Shown piece by piece: positions 1-9,099 of a DNA stretch of 64,000 bases. The DNA lies in NCBI GenBank assembly GCA_029855935.1, contig JAGSHN010000032.1, positions 1 through 64,000 on the forward strand, written 5' to 3'. The position numbers were made by a program, and so were the translations under genes. Numbering within the stretch: position 1 is the stretch's first letter; every line of letters begins with the position of its first letter. The notes under the pieces were generated by a model. That model ran no database searches. It was not told the origin of the DNA and saw only the letters and a list, made by a program, of their open reading frames with translations. This stretch comes from Candidatus Thorarchaeota archaeon. Lineage in GTDB: Archaea > Asgardarchaeota > Thorarchaeia > Thorarchaeales > Thorarchaeaceae.

Positions 1-2
1 GA

Positions 3-53
3 ATAGAGCTGCTCGACTTCAAGTTCATGCAGCTTGTGGAGAAATACGCGTAG
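3..53 (+). CDS. 3' end of a CDS entering the window (…IELLDFKFMQLVEKYA*), product unknown
   Basis: Open frame from base 3 to TAG at 51-53 with host-like codon usage; too short to identify. Confidence 0.45.
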   Translation: MELLDFKFMQLVEKYA

Positions 54-141
54 CCCCAGCGGAGCGTGCTGTGAGCCTTGGCAATCTCTCTTGCTACTTG
101 GGTGAACGCTGGGGGGTGTCAGTGTTCTACGGGTGGGGAGT

Positions 142-618
142 TCATCCTCCTGGACCGCCGTGCCACGGAGCGTCACGCCAGAACATGTCCCAGATCATCT
201 CTTCCGTCAGTGTCTCCTGCTCGATGACAGTCTTGCGCAACTCGACGAGTAGTCTGTGATGGCGGATCTCGTCCTCCCGAATCATAGCGGCTATTGTCTT
301 TACCTGCTCGTTGTCGCTCTTCTCCATGAGCTCACCGTAGGTGGCCACAGCCTGTCTCTCAAGCTCTATGTGCTGCCTTATCCCCTCGGCGATCTTGTCT
401 CTCTCGTCTTCGCTGATGAACGGCGTGGGCCCCTCGATGGCCCTTCTCAATGACTTGAGGAGGGCGATGTGTTTCTTGGAGTCTTGCGCAACGCCCAGCA
501 GTAGGTCTTTGACAAAGGCATTGCTTAGCTTTGAGACATTCTCCTCGACAGTCTTGATGATTCGTTCCTCGAGCTCCGACTGACGCTCGACGAAGTCCAG
601 AGTCTCTCTCTTGTCCAT
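142..618 (-). CDS. Ferritin-like/rubrerythrin-family diiron protein
   Basis: Two helical halves with ELE…DSKKH and ELE…Y…EDEIRH carboxylate/His motifs. Confidence 0.75.
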   Translation of the reverse strand: MDKRETLDFVERQSELEERIIKTVEENVSKLSNAFVKDLLLGVAQDSKKHIALLKSLRRAIEGPTPFISEDERDKIAEGIRQHIELERQAVATYGELMEKSDNEQVKTIAAMIREDEIRHHRLLVELRKTVIEQETLTEEMIWDMFWRDAPWHGGPGG

Positions 619-809
619 TTGTCCTCTCCTCTTGTACTTCCCTATCAGCTGCTGCGTCTTATGAGACTTATGACGTGGCAGTTCTCTGTGACCTCGTTGT
701 CGAGCCCGTGACTATGTCGCAGGCCAGCACACACCAGCATGATGAGGGGGAGATAGAGAGGCGGGACAGCAACGGCGATGGGATCATTGTTCGCCCCGAG
801 TAGACTGGC

Positions 810-1466
810 TCATTGAAGGTCTGCGGCCTCGAAGAGCTTCTCGACGAAGATCTCAGGAGGAGTGAGTCCCTCCACAGAGACCTCTTCATTCAAGACGGTC
901 TTCGGCACACCAAACACCGCGTACCTTGTCGCCAAGTCTCTGAACTCTAGAGCCTCTATCATATCCGCCTCAATCATTGGGTTAAGGATGGCTGCCTGAT
1001 GGGCAAGACGTACCATTCCCGGGCAATACGGGCAGGAAGGCGTAGTGAAGACCTGTACATGGACAGGCTTGTCGATTGACTTGATGTCAGCGATTATGTC
1101 AGGCTCAAGCGGAGCCGTGCCCCTCGACGCGTCGGTTATGCTGCCGACCAGCGCACCGAACTCATGGCCCGCTGGAATCCCATAGAACCTGACCTTGTAT
1201 GGCTCTCTCCCGTGGATGACTATGGCCGGGTAGTATCTCACTCCGAGCTTCTCGGCCATCTCCTTGGCCTCTCCGTCCTCACCACGATGGACGACGACCT
1301 TGACAAGGTCTGATAGATCGGCCACGCTCTCGGCAAGTGCCTGAGTGTCCCCGCAGTAGAGACACTCGTGGTCGCGCACAAAGACGTGCAGTGTCACCTC
1401 ATTATCTAGGGCCTGGAACAGCTCCATTACCTGCTCCTGAGTCGCTTCATCGAGCTCTACAACCAT
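810..1466 (-). CDS. Protein disulfide oxidoreductase (two thioredoxin folds, AhpF-NTD/PDO type)
   Basis: CLYC and CPYC redox motifs; FYGIPAGHEF and VFGVPKT motifs. Confidence 0.9.
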   Translation of the reverse strand: MVVELDEATQEQVMELFQALDNEVTLHVFVRDHECLYCGDTQALAESVADLSDLVKVVVHRGEDGEAKEMAEKLGVRYYPAIVIHGREPYKVRFYGIPAGHEFGALVGSITDASRGTAPLEPDIIADIKSIDKPVHVQVFTTPSCPYCPGMVRLAHQAAILNPMIEADMIEALEFRDLATRYAVFGVPKTVLNEEVSVEGLTPPEIFVEKLFEAADLQ

Positions 1467-1532
1467 TCTCGACTCACCGACTCACCACCGCAGTCATCCC
1501 TAAAAACTGCAACGATATGGTGAAGGTTCAAC

Positions 1533-2606
1533 TCAGGCAAACCTGATGCGCCTCTCCTCCACAAGCTCTTCAAGAGCCGGCGGGAGATCTGTCCCCCTCA
1601 GCTCCTTGGCCAAGACAAGGTCGCAGTTCTCGGGAATTCCGAGGTCCATCAGCTCTGGACAGGAGGCTAAAGGAGTCAAGTTGATCTCCCTGAAGGAGTT
1701 CTCCATCGGATGTCCGCTGTAGAGATACAGCTCCTCCAGCTGGACGCAGTCAGCGAGCGGTTCAAGGTTCACCGACGACAAGTTATTGCCGGCGATGTCT
1801 AGGCTCCGCAGTGTTTCGCACTGGGCCAGCGGACGGAGATCCAACTTCTCAAGCGCGTTCATAGCGAGACCGAGCATCCTGAGGCTTCGACAGGACGACA
1901 GAGGCTCTAGGTCGATTGTTTCAAGTTCATTGGCACCCAGCCTGAGAATCGTCAGCTCTCTGCACTCTGAGAGAGGCTCAAGGTCAATTCTCCTCAGAGA
2001 GTTGTGCTGTAGATATAGGAACTTCAGTTTTCGCGCTCCTCTCAGAGGCTCCAAGTCAATCTGGGTGAGCCGGTTGTACATCAGGTTCAGCTGTGATAGG
2101 GATGTGCAGTTGGAGAGGGGTGACAGGTCAATCGATGCGAGGTTGTTGTGCTGCAGCTCAAGGACGGACAGTTCTTTGCAGCGGCTGAACGGTGACAGGT
2201 CAATCTCGCCAATATGGTTCCCGAAGAGTCTGACTCGGGTGAGATGTACACAGCCTGCCAGAGGGGAGAGGTCGATATTGCCGAGTCCAAGTCCACCCAG
2301 ACCCAGCTCCCGGAGACTCCTGCATACCCTCAGCGGAGTGATGTCGAGGTCTTCTCCCAGTGGATTCTTGGTCAATCGGACAGACTCAAGATTCTCACAC
2401 GACGCAAGAGGGCCGAGGTCTATTGTGGCTATCTTGTTGGAGGAGAGATCGACTCTGACCAGACGGCCGTGATGAGCCACCTCGCTCAGATCTATCTGTA
2501 CGATCCTCTTGCCAGAGAGGTCAAGCTCGGTCTCGTCGATGTCGATGTCAAGTTCGTGTTGCATACCGTCAGTTGTCACGTATCTTATGGTCACCACGTC
2601 TATCAT
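1533..2606 (-). CDS. Leucine-rich repeat protein
   Basis: About a dozen tandem 22-aa LxxLxLxxNxLxxIDLxPLxxC repeats. Confidence 0.92.
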   Translation of the reverse strand: MIDVVTIRYVTTDGMQHELDIDIDETELDLSGKRIVQIDLSEVAHHGRLVRVDLSSNKIATIDLGPLASCENLESVRLTKNPLGEDLDITPLRVCRSLRELGLGGLGLGNIDLSPLAGCVHLTRVRLFGNHIGEIDLSPFSRCKELSVLELQHNNLASIDLSPLSNCTSLSQLNLMYNRLTQIDLEPLRGARKLKFLYLQHNSLRRIDLEPLSECRELTILRLGANELETIDLEPLSSCRSLRMLGLAMNALEKLDLRPLAQCETLRSLDIAGNNLSSVNLEPLADCVQLEELYLYSGHPMENSFREINLTPLASCPELMDLGIPENCDLVLAKELRGTDLPPALEELVEERRIRFA

Positions 2607-2748
2607 AGGGGCATTCTCCGGTCCTCTCGGGGCTGCTCGCTAGCTGCTAATGAATCTTCTCGGTAGGTTCGGTAGTGCAGGCGCCGCGCAGTTACGTTTT
2701 TTAACTGAGTTCATCGCTGACTGGTCACTAGTCAAGAGATGATGCCGT

Positions 2749-3114
2749 ATGGGAGAAAAGACGTTAGGGTTCTTGCTCATGACGGGCCCCTACACCTTCG
2801 AGAACAGTATGACCTTCTACAAGCTGGCAAAAGCCGCAATTGAGAAGGGCTACGAGGTCAAGGTCTTCCTCTTTGTTGACGGAGTGAACAATGCCAAGCT
2901 GAATCAGGACCCGTCGCCAGAGGAGCCAATCAACGAGCTGTTTCAGGAGCTCGCAGACGCCGGTGTGGTCTTTCAGGCCTGCGGTCTGTGTACTGCCGCG
3001 AGGGGCTTCGACCAGACGGGCAAGGACTTCATACCGGGCGTCGAGGTGTCCGGCCTGACCGAGTTCGCAGAGATCGTCGGTGAGTGTGACAGATTGATCA
3101 CACTATCGGTCTGA
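2749..3114 (+). CDS. dsrE: DsrE/TusD-like sulfur relay protein
   Basis: GPY…VFLFVDGV…ACGLC…RG pattern; first of a three-gene DsrEFH-like operon. Confidence 0.82.
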   Translation: MGEKTLGFLLMTGPYTFENSMTFYKLAKAAIEKGYEVKVFLFVDGVNNAKLNQDPSPEEPINELFQELADAGVVFQACGLCTAARGFDQTGKDFIPGVEVSGLTEFAEIVGECDRLITLSV

Positions 3115-3128
3115 GGAGGTGCTTTCAA

Positions 3129-3479
3129 GTGGAGTTCACAGAGAGAAAGGTCTTGGTGATAGTACGGAGTCGCCCGTGGGGCATGATATTCAACTTCGAG
3201 GGTTGGCGTGCAGCAGTGGGTATGTTCGGAATGGATCACGAGCCCTCAATGCTGTTCCTCGGCGACGGTGTGTATGCTCTTCTCAAGTCGATGGATCAGA
3301 GACCGGTCAAGATGTTCAAGTCTACGTACGACAGTTTTGACGGCGTGATATACGCGAGCGCCCACTCTCTTGAGGAACGTAAGATCTCAAGGGATGAGCT
3401 GATAGACGGAGTCGAGGTCGTCGCAGACGAGGAGATGAGCAAGCTCTTCGAGGAGCACGACATCTCAGTGACGTTCTAG
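3129..3479 (+). CDS. dsrF: DsrF/TusC-like sulfur relay protein
   Basis: RSRPWG…EGWRAA…LFLGDGVY…SLEERKI…VTF C-terminus; operon position. Confidence 0.8.
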   Translation: MEFTERKVLVIVRSRPWGMIFNFEGWRAAVGMFGMDHEPSMLFLGDGVYALLKSMDQRPVKMFKSTYDSFDGVIYASAHSLEERKISRDELIDGVEVVADEEMSKLFEEHDISVTF

Positions 3480-3493
3480 GAGGTTGATGTGAG

Positions 3494-3793
3494 ATGAAGT
3501 TCCTCATCTGGTTGTCTGGTGAGTGTGTGAGTCTGAAAGAGGTAGTGGGGGCCCTGAGGGGTGCGGGCCATGAAGTTGGCATTCTTCTTGCTCAGAACGG
3601 TGTCTATCTGGCCGACAAGGGCTGTCCCTACGTAGAAGAGATTCTCGGCCTCGGTGTCACACTCTTTGCTTCAAGAGAGCATGCGGAGAGTCGGGGCGTC
3701 ATTGACCGGATGGTCACCGATGTCAAGCTTGTAGACTACTCCGAGATGGTCGATATCGTGATGGAGGAGTACGACCGCGTCATAACAGTGTAG
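3494..3793 (+). CDS. dsrH: DsrH/TusB-like sulfur relay protein
   Basis: ILLAQNGVY…AESRGV…VDYSEMVD…RVITV; operon position, GGAGG RBS. Confidence 0.78.
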   Translation: MKFLIWLSGECVSLKEVVGALRGAGHEVGILLAQNGVYLADKGCPYVEEILGLGVTLFASREHAESRGVIDRMVTDVKLVDYSEMVDIVMEEYDRVITV

Positions 3794-3822
3794 TGTCATA
3801 GTGCAGGAGAGCGGATACGGGA

Positions 3823-4230
3823 CTACGCTCTCTTGCCTGGCACAATGAGCACCTGCCCCAGCAGGTCACCCTTGAGCACCGAGGCCCTGATGTGCGACCT
3901 GAACTGAGCCTTGTCGGCGACGCGCTCCTCGGAGAAGTGCCTGAAGGTGAGCGAGCCGATGCAGAGCAGGTGGCCCATTCCGTTGACTCCGTAGAACGAC
4001 GGCACAACCATCGAGTATGGCTCCAGCTTTATGGGTCGGATTGATACAATCTGCACCTCTCCGGCCTCGAAGTGGATTCTCTCGTCCGCGACCACTGGAA
4101 CAAGTCTGGCACGCGACCAATCGAGGTTGACAGTGGTCTCCTCCATGCCCTCGACGTGTTTGCGGAGTCGATCGATGCCCATACTCTCAAGTTCTTTGCT
4201 GCAAGCGATCAGGTATATCTTGTCTGACAT
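3823..4230 (-). CDS. DUF22-like archaeal protein of unknown function
   Basis: PVVADE…AGEVQIVSIRPI…GH…KGDLLGQV resembles the archaeal DUF22 family. Confidence 0.55.
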   Translation of the reverse strand: MSDKIYLIACSKELESMGIDRLRKHVEGMEETTVNLDWSRARLVPVVADERIHFEAGEVQIVSIRPIKLEPYSMVVPSFYGVNGMGHLLCIGSLTFRHFSEERVADKAQFRSHIRASVLKGDLLGQVLIVPGKRA

Positions 4231-4469
4231 GGGTTTCTCACCACTACCTCGACTCTAGCAACATTCTCTTTTAGTATCCTTCGGATGGGATGGACTGTCA
4301 TAGGACCAGCCCCACAAGACCGAGATGAACTGGCGGCCCGTGGGGACGTTTCCTCTGGCAGAGCTCACTCAGCCACGTCTCCGCATGGTCTGCGAACCGT
4401 TTGCAGCGGGAGTACAAGATGATTCATCTCATGACTCCGGTCTAGAGCATCGTGTGGGTGCGGCCACCT

Positions 4470-5357
4470 TCACAGGCCCCGAAAATACGACGGTCTAAGG
4501 GAACCCTCGTCACGGTCCTCCAGAACTCTATCAATGACTGCTATCATCCTCTCTCGGTCCGCACTCAGTGTTCCACGCAATGGAAGATAGTTGGACGCAT
4601 GATTTGTGCGGAACACACAGCGGCTCAGCCGAGTTCTCGATATCAACAGTCTGAGTTCCCTCAAGACATCGAACGGACCAAGCGGGGTGAACTCCCCTCT
4701 CTGCACAAGTTCGTAGAGTCGTGTTCCCCGCGGAATCATCAGTGTCAGTGCACCGACGTACTCGGGATCGATCTGGTTGAGCGCATCTGCGGTGGCTATT
4801 GCGTGCCATTCTGACCTCTCAGGACCGCCAAGGCCCAGAATGATTGTGAGCGACAGAGGGATCCTCGCCTTCCTGATCTTCTTGCACGCCCCTATGGTCT
4901 CTCTCACGGTCACTCCCTTTCGTACCCAGCGCAGGATCTCCTCGTCACCTGTCTCCAGACCGAGATAGATGATCCCGAGTCCCGCCTGTCTCAGTAAGGT
5001 CAGGTCGTCTATGCTCTTGTCCCGGAGGTTCCTTGCATAGGCGTAGGTCCCCACCCTCTCCAGGGCCGGGAGCTCCTTGCGCAGTACGTCCAGAACGGCA
5101 AGCATCTCCTCTGTTGGCATTGCAAGAGCATCGCCGTCTGCAAGGAAGACGCGTCTGATGTGGGTCTTCAGGGTGGAGGGGAGCTGATTGAGGTCCTGTC
5201 TGATTCCTGTTGCTCCTCGTATTCGGAACTTGCGGTCGAGGTATGAGACACAGAATATACAGGCATTATGCGAGCATCCGACGGTCGCCTGCAGGATGAG
5301 CGATCTTGCCTCACTCGGCGGTCTCCAGATAGTCCCCTCATATCTCAGCATCGTCAT
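4470..5357 (-). CDS. Radical SAM protein of unknown substrate
   Basis: RPPSEARSLILQATVGCSHNACIFC (CxxxCxxC), FLADGDAL, YLGLETG, NHASNY. Confidence 0.9.
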   Translation of the reverse strand: MTMLRYEGTIWRPPSEARSLILQATVGCSHNACIFCVSYLDRKFRIRGATGIRQDLNQLPSTLKTHIRRVFLADGDALAMPTEEMLAVLDVLRKELPALERVGTYAYARNLRDKSIDDLTLLRQAGLGIIYLGLETGDEEILRWVRKGVTVRETIGACKKIRKARIPLSLTIILGLGGPERSEWHAIATADALNQIDPEYVGALTLMIPRGTRLYELVQRGEFTPLGPFDVLRELRLLISRTRLSRCVFRTNHASNYLPLRGTLSADRERMIAVIDRVLEDRDEGSLRPSYFRGL

Positions 5358-5532
5358 ATCGCCTCTTGCAGGACTCTCGTTGCAGCTCTTGCACTCCCAT
5401 CACGGAGCGGGCGCTCTCACGGCATCCGTTCTTTGTCGTTCGGACTCCTTTGGGACCCACGCTCGTGATACCGTCATAATACGCACGTTTATGCGAACAT
5501 ATCACTCTTCTTATCAACTGGTCGTTGCAGAG

Positions 5533-6096
5533 ATGCGTGTTCCTGTCTACAAGGTCCTGCTCGTCGGCGATGCAAATGTTGGCAAGTCCAGTATGATTAG
5601 ACGACTTCTGCTCGACGAGTTCGATCCAGACTACAAGGCCACTGTCGGAGTGGACCTTAGTGCGGCTGCGTTGAACCTCGGTCCAGACCGGCCAGTCATT
5701 CTCACGCTCATAGACCTGGGTGGTCAGTCGGACTTCACCGCACTTAGGACACAATACTACAAGGGCGCGCACGCAGCCGTCTTCGTCTTCGATGTCTCCG
5801 ACCGCACGACATTCGATGACCTGGCCTTCTGGTACGAGGGCGTTCGTTCTAACGTCTTTCCCGCAGCAGGCGGCGAGCCTCTCTTGCTAGTGGTGGGAAA
5901 CAAATCCGATGTGCGGGAGTCGCGGGAGGTCTCCTCAGAGGAGGGCGCAGGCTTTGCAAGGCAGATTGGCGTTTCATATATAGAGACCAGTGCCAAGACC
6001 GGACACAACATCACCGAGCTATTCGAGATGGTGGCAGAGCAGGCATACGAGCGGTATCCACCGAGGCCGCCTGTCAAAGAAGTTGGTGACGTCTGA
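5533..6096 (+). CDS. Rab/Ras-like small GTPase
   Basis: G1 GDANVGKS, G2 ATVGVD, G3 DLGGQ, G4 NKSD, G5 SAK; start moved to ATG 5533. Confidence 0.92.
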   Translation: MRVPVYKVLLVGDANVGKSSMIRRLLLDEFDPDYKATVGVDLSAAALNLGPDRPVILTLIDLGGQSDFTALRTQYYKGAHAAVFVFDVSDRTTFDDLAFWYEGVRSNVFPAAGGEPLLLVVGNKSDVRESREVSSEEGAGFARQIGVSYIETSAKTGHNITELFEMVAEQAYERYPPRPPVKEVGDV

Positions 6097-6261
6097 GCTG
6101 GCTGTTGCCACATCATGTCAGCACCCGTTTCTGCTCCTTGCAACTAGGGCGACTAGGTGAACATCGGAGAGTCCGTTTCTCTAGCGTCTGACCGGGGCCT
6201 GCTCGGAGTGGCTCTCGCCACTTTGGTATTGTTCATCCGTATTGCCCGAATTGTGCAAGTG

Positions 6262-9099
6262 CTAATCCACAACCTCGGTGGGAAATGCTTTGAACCCGTC
6301 TACCGAATACACTACCTTCTGCTGGGGAACGAGCCTTAGGTTGTTGAATGGATCGGGTATCAGATACGGTCGAATCCCGGCCGAGTCAATCTCGACAACG
6401 AACAGGACGAAGCCCGAGCCGTACATAGCAGCCGAGCGATACTCGTTGTGTGTCATCACGGGGCGCGTCGCACCCTCAATCCCCTTCACCTCGACGCGCA
6501 CTATCTCGCCACGACCTCTACAGAACAGGTCGTATCCCACATTTCTCTTCGACACATCCTCTACCACATAGCCTCGCTCGACATAGTACTGAGTTGCGAC
6601 ATCCATTGCTATGGCCTCCACCTCATGGGGCAGGTGTTTCTCTCTCTCCTCTGTACTCACAACAAGGCCCCCGGCCGCCCGAAAGGCGACCTCGAAGAGG
6701 ACGGTATCATCGGTCACCTCCGCTTCTGTAGGGCGGGTTTGGGTGTGGTCCTTGAGCCGTAGTCTCAGTGTATCCCTCTTGTATGGCAGTAGGTCAGGGA
6801 CGGCGAGTTCGTTCTGCAGGCGTTCCTTCTCCTCCTCCCAGCGGGCCTGAACCCGTTCCAGCCACTCTCTTGAGAGCCTCTGTCGGATTTCCTCCAGAGG
6901 AGTAAACCGAACCGTCACGAGGGGCACGTCAGCGAAGACCGGGACGAGGCTCAATACACCCTGAAGGGTCAGAGCCCCTCCTGGTGTCACGAGGATTGGC
7001 TCCTGATACACTGTCTTGTTTCTCACACGAACACTGAGGACACGAACCTCTCCCCTCATGTCCCTGTCATAGGCGAACTGCACGGCGTCGGGCTCAACTC
7101 TTAGATTCTTTGCAGTCTCAATGGCCGCACGGATGCCCGCGTCATCGAGGGTGAGTCGCCGGACAGCAATGAACTCCGAGGGAGTGTGAACATGATAGGT
7201 GCTTATGACCGAGGAGTCATTCGAATCGGGGAGCGAGCCTGAGGCGTAACCGGCGTCTCTCAGCAGTGCGAGGAACAGACGGATGTCCCCCTCCGACACG
7301 GTGCCGTCAAGGTCAATCTGCGCAGACTGCTGTAAGTCCTCCACGCTCACCACCTGCGACAGCGACATGCTCTGCTCGAGTATCTCGATGACCTGTCTGC
7401 CCGTTTCACGTGTTCTCTTGAAGGCCTCCTCTATCCGTTCGACCACCTCGGTTTCGCCCTCTCCGACATGCGCATGCCGCACGAGGATGTCCACGCTCTC
7501 CATCTCGTCTCCGAAGATGCTGAGGCCCACCTCGCCAAACTCCTCGTTGATGGCCTGCACCTTCTCAAGGACAATCTCCATCACCCGTCGTTCGACTCCG
7601 AAGGCGGGCAGAAAGTTACGTATCTTGAGGACTCTATGCCTCTGACCGAGCCGCCATATCCTCCCGACACGCTGGATGTAGACCACGGGACTCCACGGCA
7701 CCTCATAATTGATCTCTGCGCTGGCGGCCTGAAGATTCAGAGACTCCGACATCGCGTCTGTGCCGAGCAGGATGTCAATGGTATTGTCCACAGCGAAGCT
7801 ATCCACAATACGCTGACGTTCCTCCAGTGAGACCTCGCCTGTTATCTGATATACTCTATAACCCTCCTGTTCGAGTACCCCTGCGAGATACCTCACTGTC
7901 TCGAGAAAACCCGTGTAGATGAGACACTTGTGCCCCTCTTCCCTCAGCTCGGCAACAGTTTCCAGCAGGCGTCTGCACTTGCTGTCCCGAGGCATCCTCT
8001 GAATGAGTTCGCGCCCCATCTCCAGCACGGGACGGAGGAGGCTCAGCTCGGTTTCTCTGGCCCCCCTCTCCTCAGGAACCATCCCGAGAAGCGCCTCGAC
8101 TTCCTGATCTGTCAGCTCCTCTCCTGAATAGAGTTTCTCCGTGATGTCTTCAAGGGCCTCCGACTCAAGTTCCACGCTCTCGGCGCCGAGTAGACGCAGT
8201 CTGCGCCTCTCAAGGAGTCGCACTCCGGCACGAATGCTGGAGGAGATGGCGCGCCCAATGAGGATAGCAATGAGTGCGCCCGCCCCCGAGGAGTTCCAGT
8301 GCGACTCGGCATATCTCTCTGCACTCCTGTAGAAATCCTCCTCGTACGCTGTGACAGGACACTCCACAACGGCCTCGTCAATCTCTTGATCGAACAGCGG
8401 ATGGTCGTTGCAGTCGAGCGCGGTGCGCTTCAGTCGACGGATGATGAGTGGCTCGGGAGCGATAATCCTCCTCCGGTACTCAAACCTGTCCGTGTTCCCA
8501 TCGTGCGGTGTTGCGGTCAGTGCAAGGAGACTCTTGACCCGCTGTGTGAGACTCTCCAAGAGTCGCCCCCTAAGATTCCCGGGGCTGACCCTATGGAACT
8601 CGTCTACCACCAGCAGGTCCCACGACTCCTGCTCGAAGAGCTTCCGCCAGCGACTCTTCTTCACGGTGTCAATGGAGGCAATCATTAGGTCGGCGATGCG
8701 GGGACCGTCGGTGTCGGGGACAAATCTCTCAAAATGGAGCGCGAACTTATCGCGGAGTTCCTCTTGGAACTGAGCGAGGACACTCGGAGGAGTCAGTATC
8801 AGTATCCTCGACTCCCCCAACGACAGGAGCTCCTTGATGATCATACTAGCAAGAATGGTCTTTCCCAGTCCGGTTTCGTAGGCAATGAGCGCACGGATGC
8901 TGCCTGTCCTGCGGTACTCTCTCATTAGGTACGCAAAGTCGTACAGCTGGTACGGCACGGCATCAATCTTTGATGAGAGGAACACTTTCAGCGGGTCGTA
9001 CCTGATCTTCGCATCGAGATAGTGGGCCATAAAGGCCGCCATGAACTTGGCGTACTGGGTGTAGGCGGTGTCTACATCGTCACTGTTGTTTGTCATCAT
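6262..9099 (-). CDS. SNF2-family helicase with C-terminal DUF3883 PD-(D/E)xK nuclease
   Basis: ETGLGKT, DEFH, LTATP, ESLNLQ, QRVGRIWRLGQ; C-terminal EAIAM…DVSKRNVGYD…VEVKG…NEY; start at MMTNN (9099 or 9096) after GAGGGG, overlapping the upstream MTase. Confidence 0.9.
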   Translation of the reverse strand: MMTNNSDDVDTAYTQYAKFMAAFMAHYLDAKIRYDPLKVFLSSKIDAVPYQLYDFAYLMREYRRTGSIRALIAYETGLGKTILASMIIKELLSLGESRILILTPPSVLAQFQEELRDKFALHFERFVPDTDGPRIADLMIASIDTVKKSRWRKLFEQESWDLLVVDEFHRVSPGNLRGRLLESLTQRVKSLLALTATPHDGNTDRFEYRRRIIAPEPLIIRRLKRTALDCNDHPLFDQEIDEAVVECPVTAYEEDFYRSAERYAESHWNSSGAGALIAILIGRAISSSIRAGVRLLERRRLRLLGAESVELESEALEDITEKLYSGEELTDQEVEALLGMVPEERGARETELSLLRPVLEMGRELIQRMPRDSKCRRLLETVAELREEGHKCLIYTGFLETVRYLAGVLEQEGYRVYQITGEVSLEERQRIVDSFAVDNTIDILLGTDAMSESLNLQAASAEINYEVPWSPVVYIQRVGRIWRLGQRHRVLKIRNFLPAFGVERRVMEIVLEKVQAINEEFGEVGLSIFGDEMESVDILVRHAHVGEGETEVVERIEEAFKRTRETGRQVIEILEQSMSLSQVVSVEDLQQSAQIDLDGTVSEGDIRLFLALLRDAGYASGSLPDSNDSSVISTYHVHTPSEFIAVRRLTLDDAGIRAAIETAKNLRVEPDAVQFAYDRDMRGEVRVLSVRVRNKTVYQEPILVTPGGALTLQGVLSLVPVFADVPLVTVRFTPLEEIRQRLSREWLERVQARWEEEKERLQNELAVPDLLPYKRDTLRLRLKDHTQTRPTEAEVTDDTVLFEVAFRAAGGLVVSTEEREKHLPHEVEAIAMDVATQYYVERGYVVEDVSKRNVGYDLFCRGRGEIVRVEVKGIEGATRPVMTHNEYRSAAMYGSGFVLFVVEIDSAGIRPYLIPDPFNNLRLVPQQKVVYSVDGFKAFPTEVVD

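Noticed and set aside
5188-5532. Long N-terminal extensions in the ORF track (GTPase 5188, helicase 9321, thioredoxin 26787, cupin 59032)
   Set aside because: They overlap neighbouring genes and lack domain character; downstream starts fit family lengths
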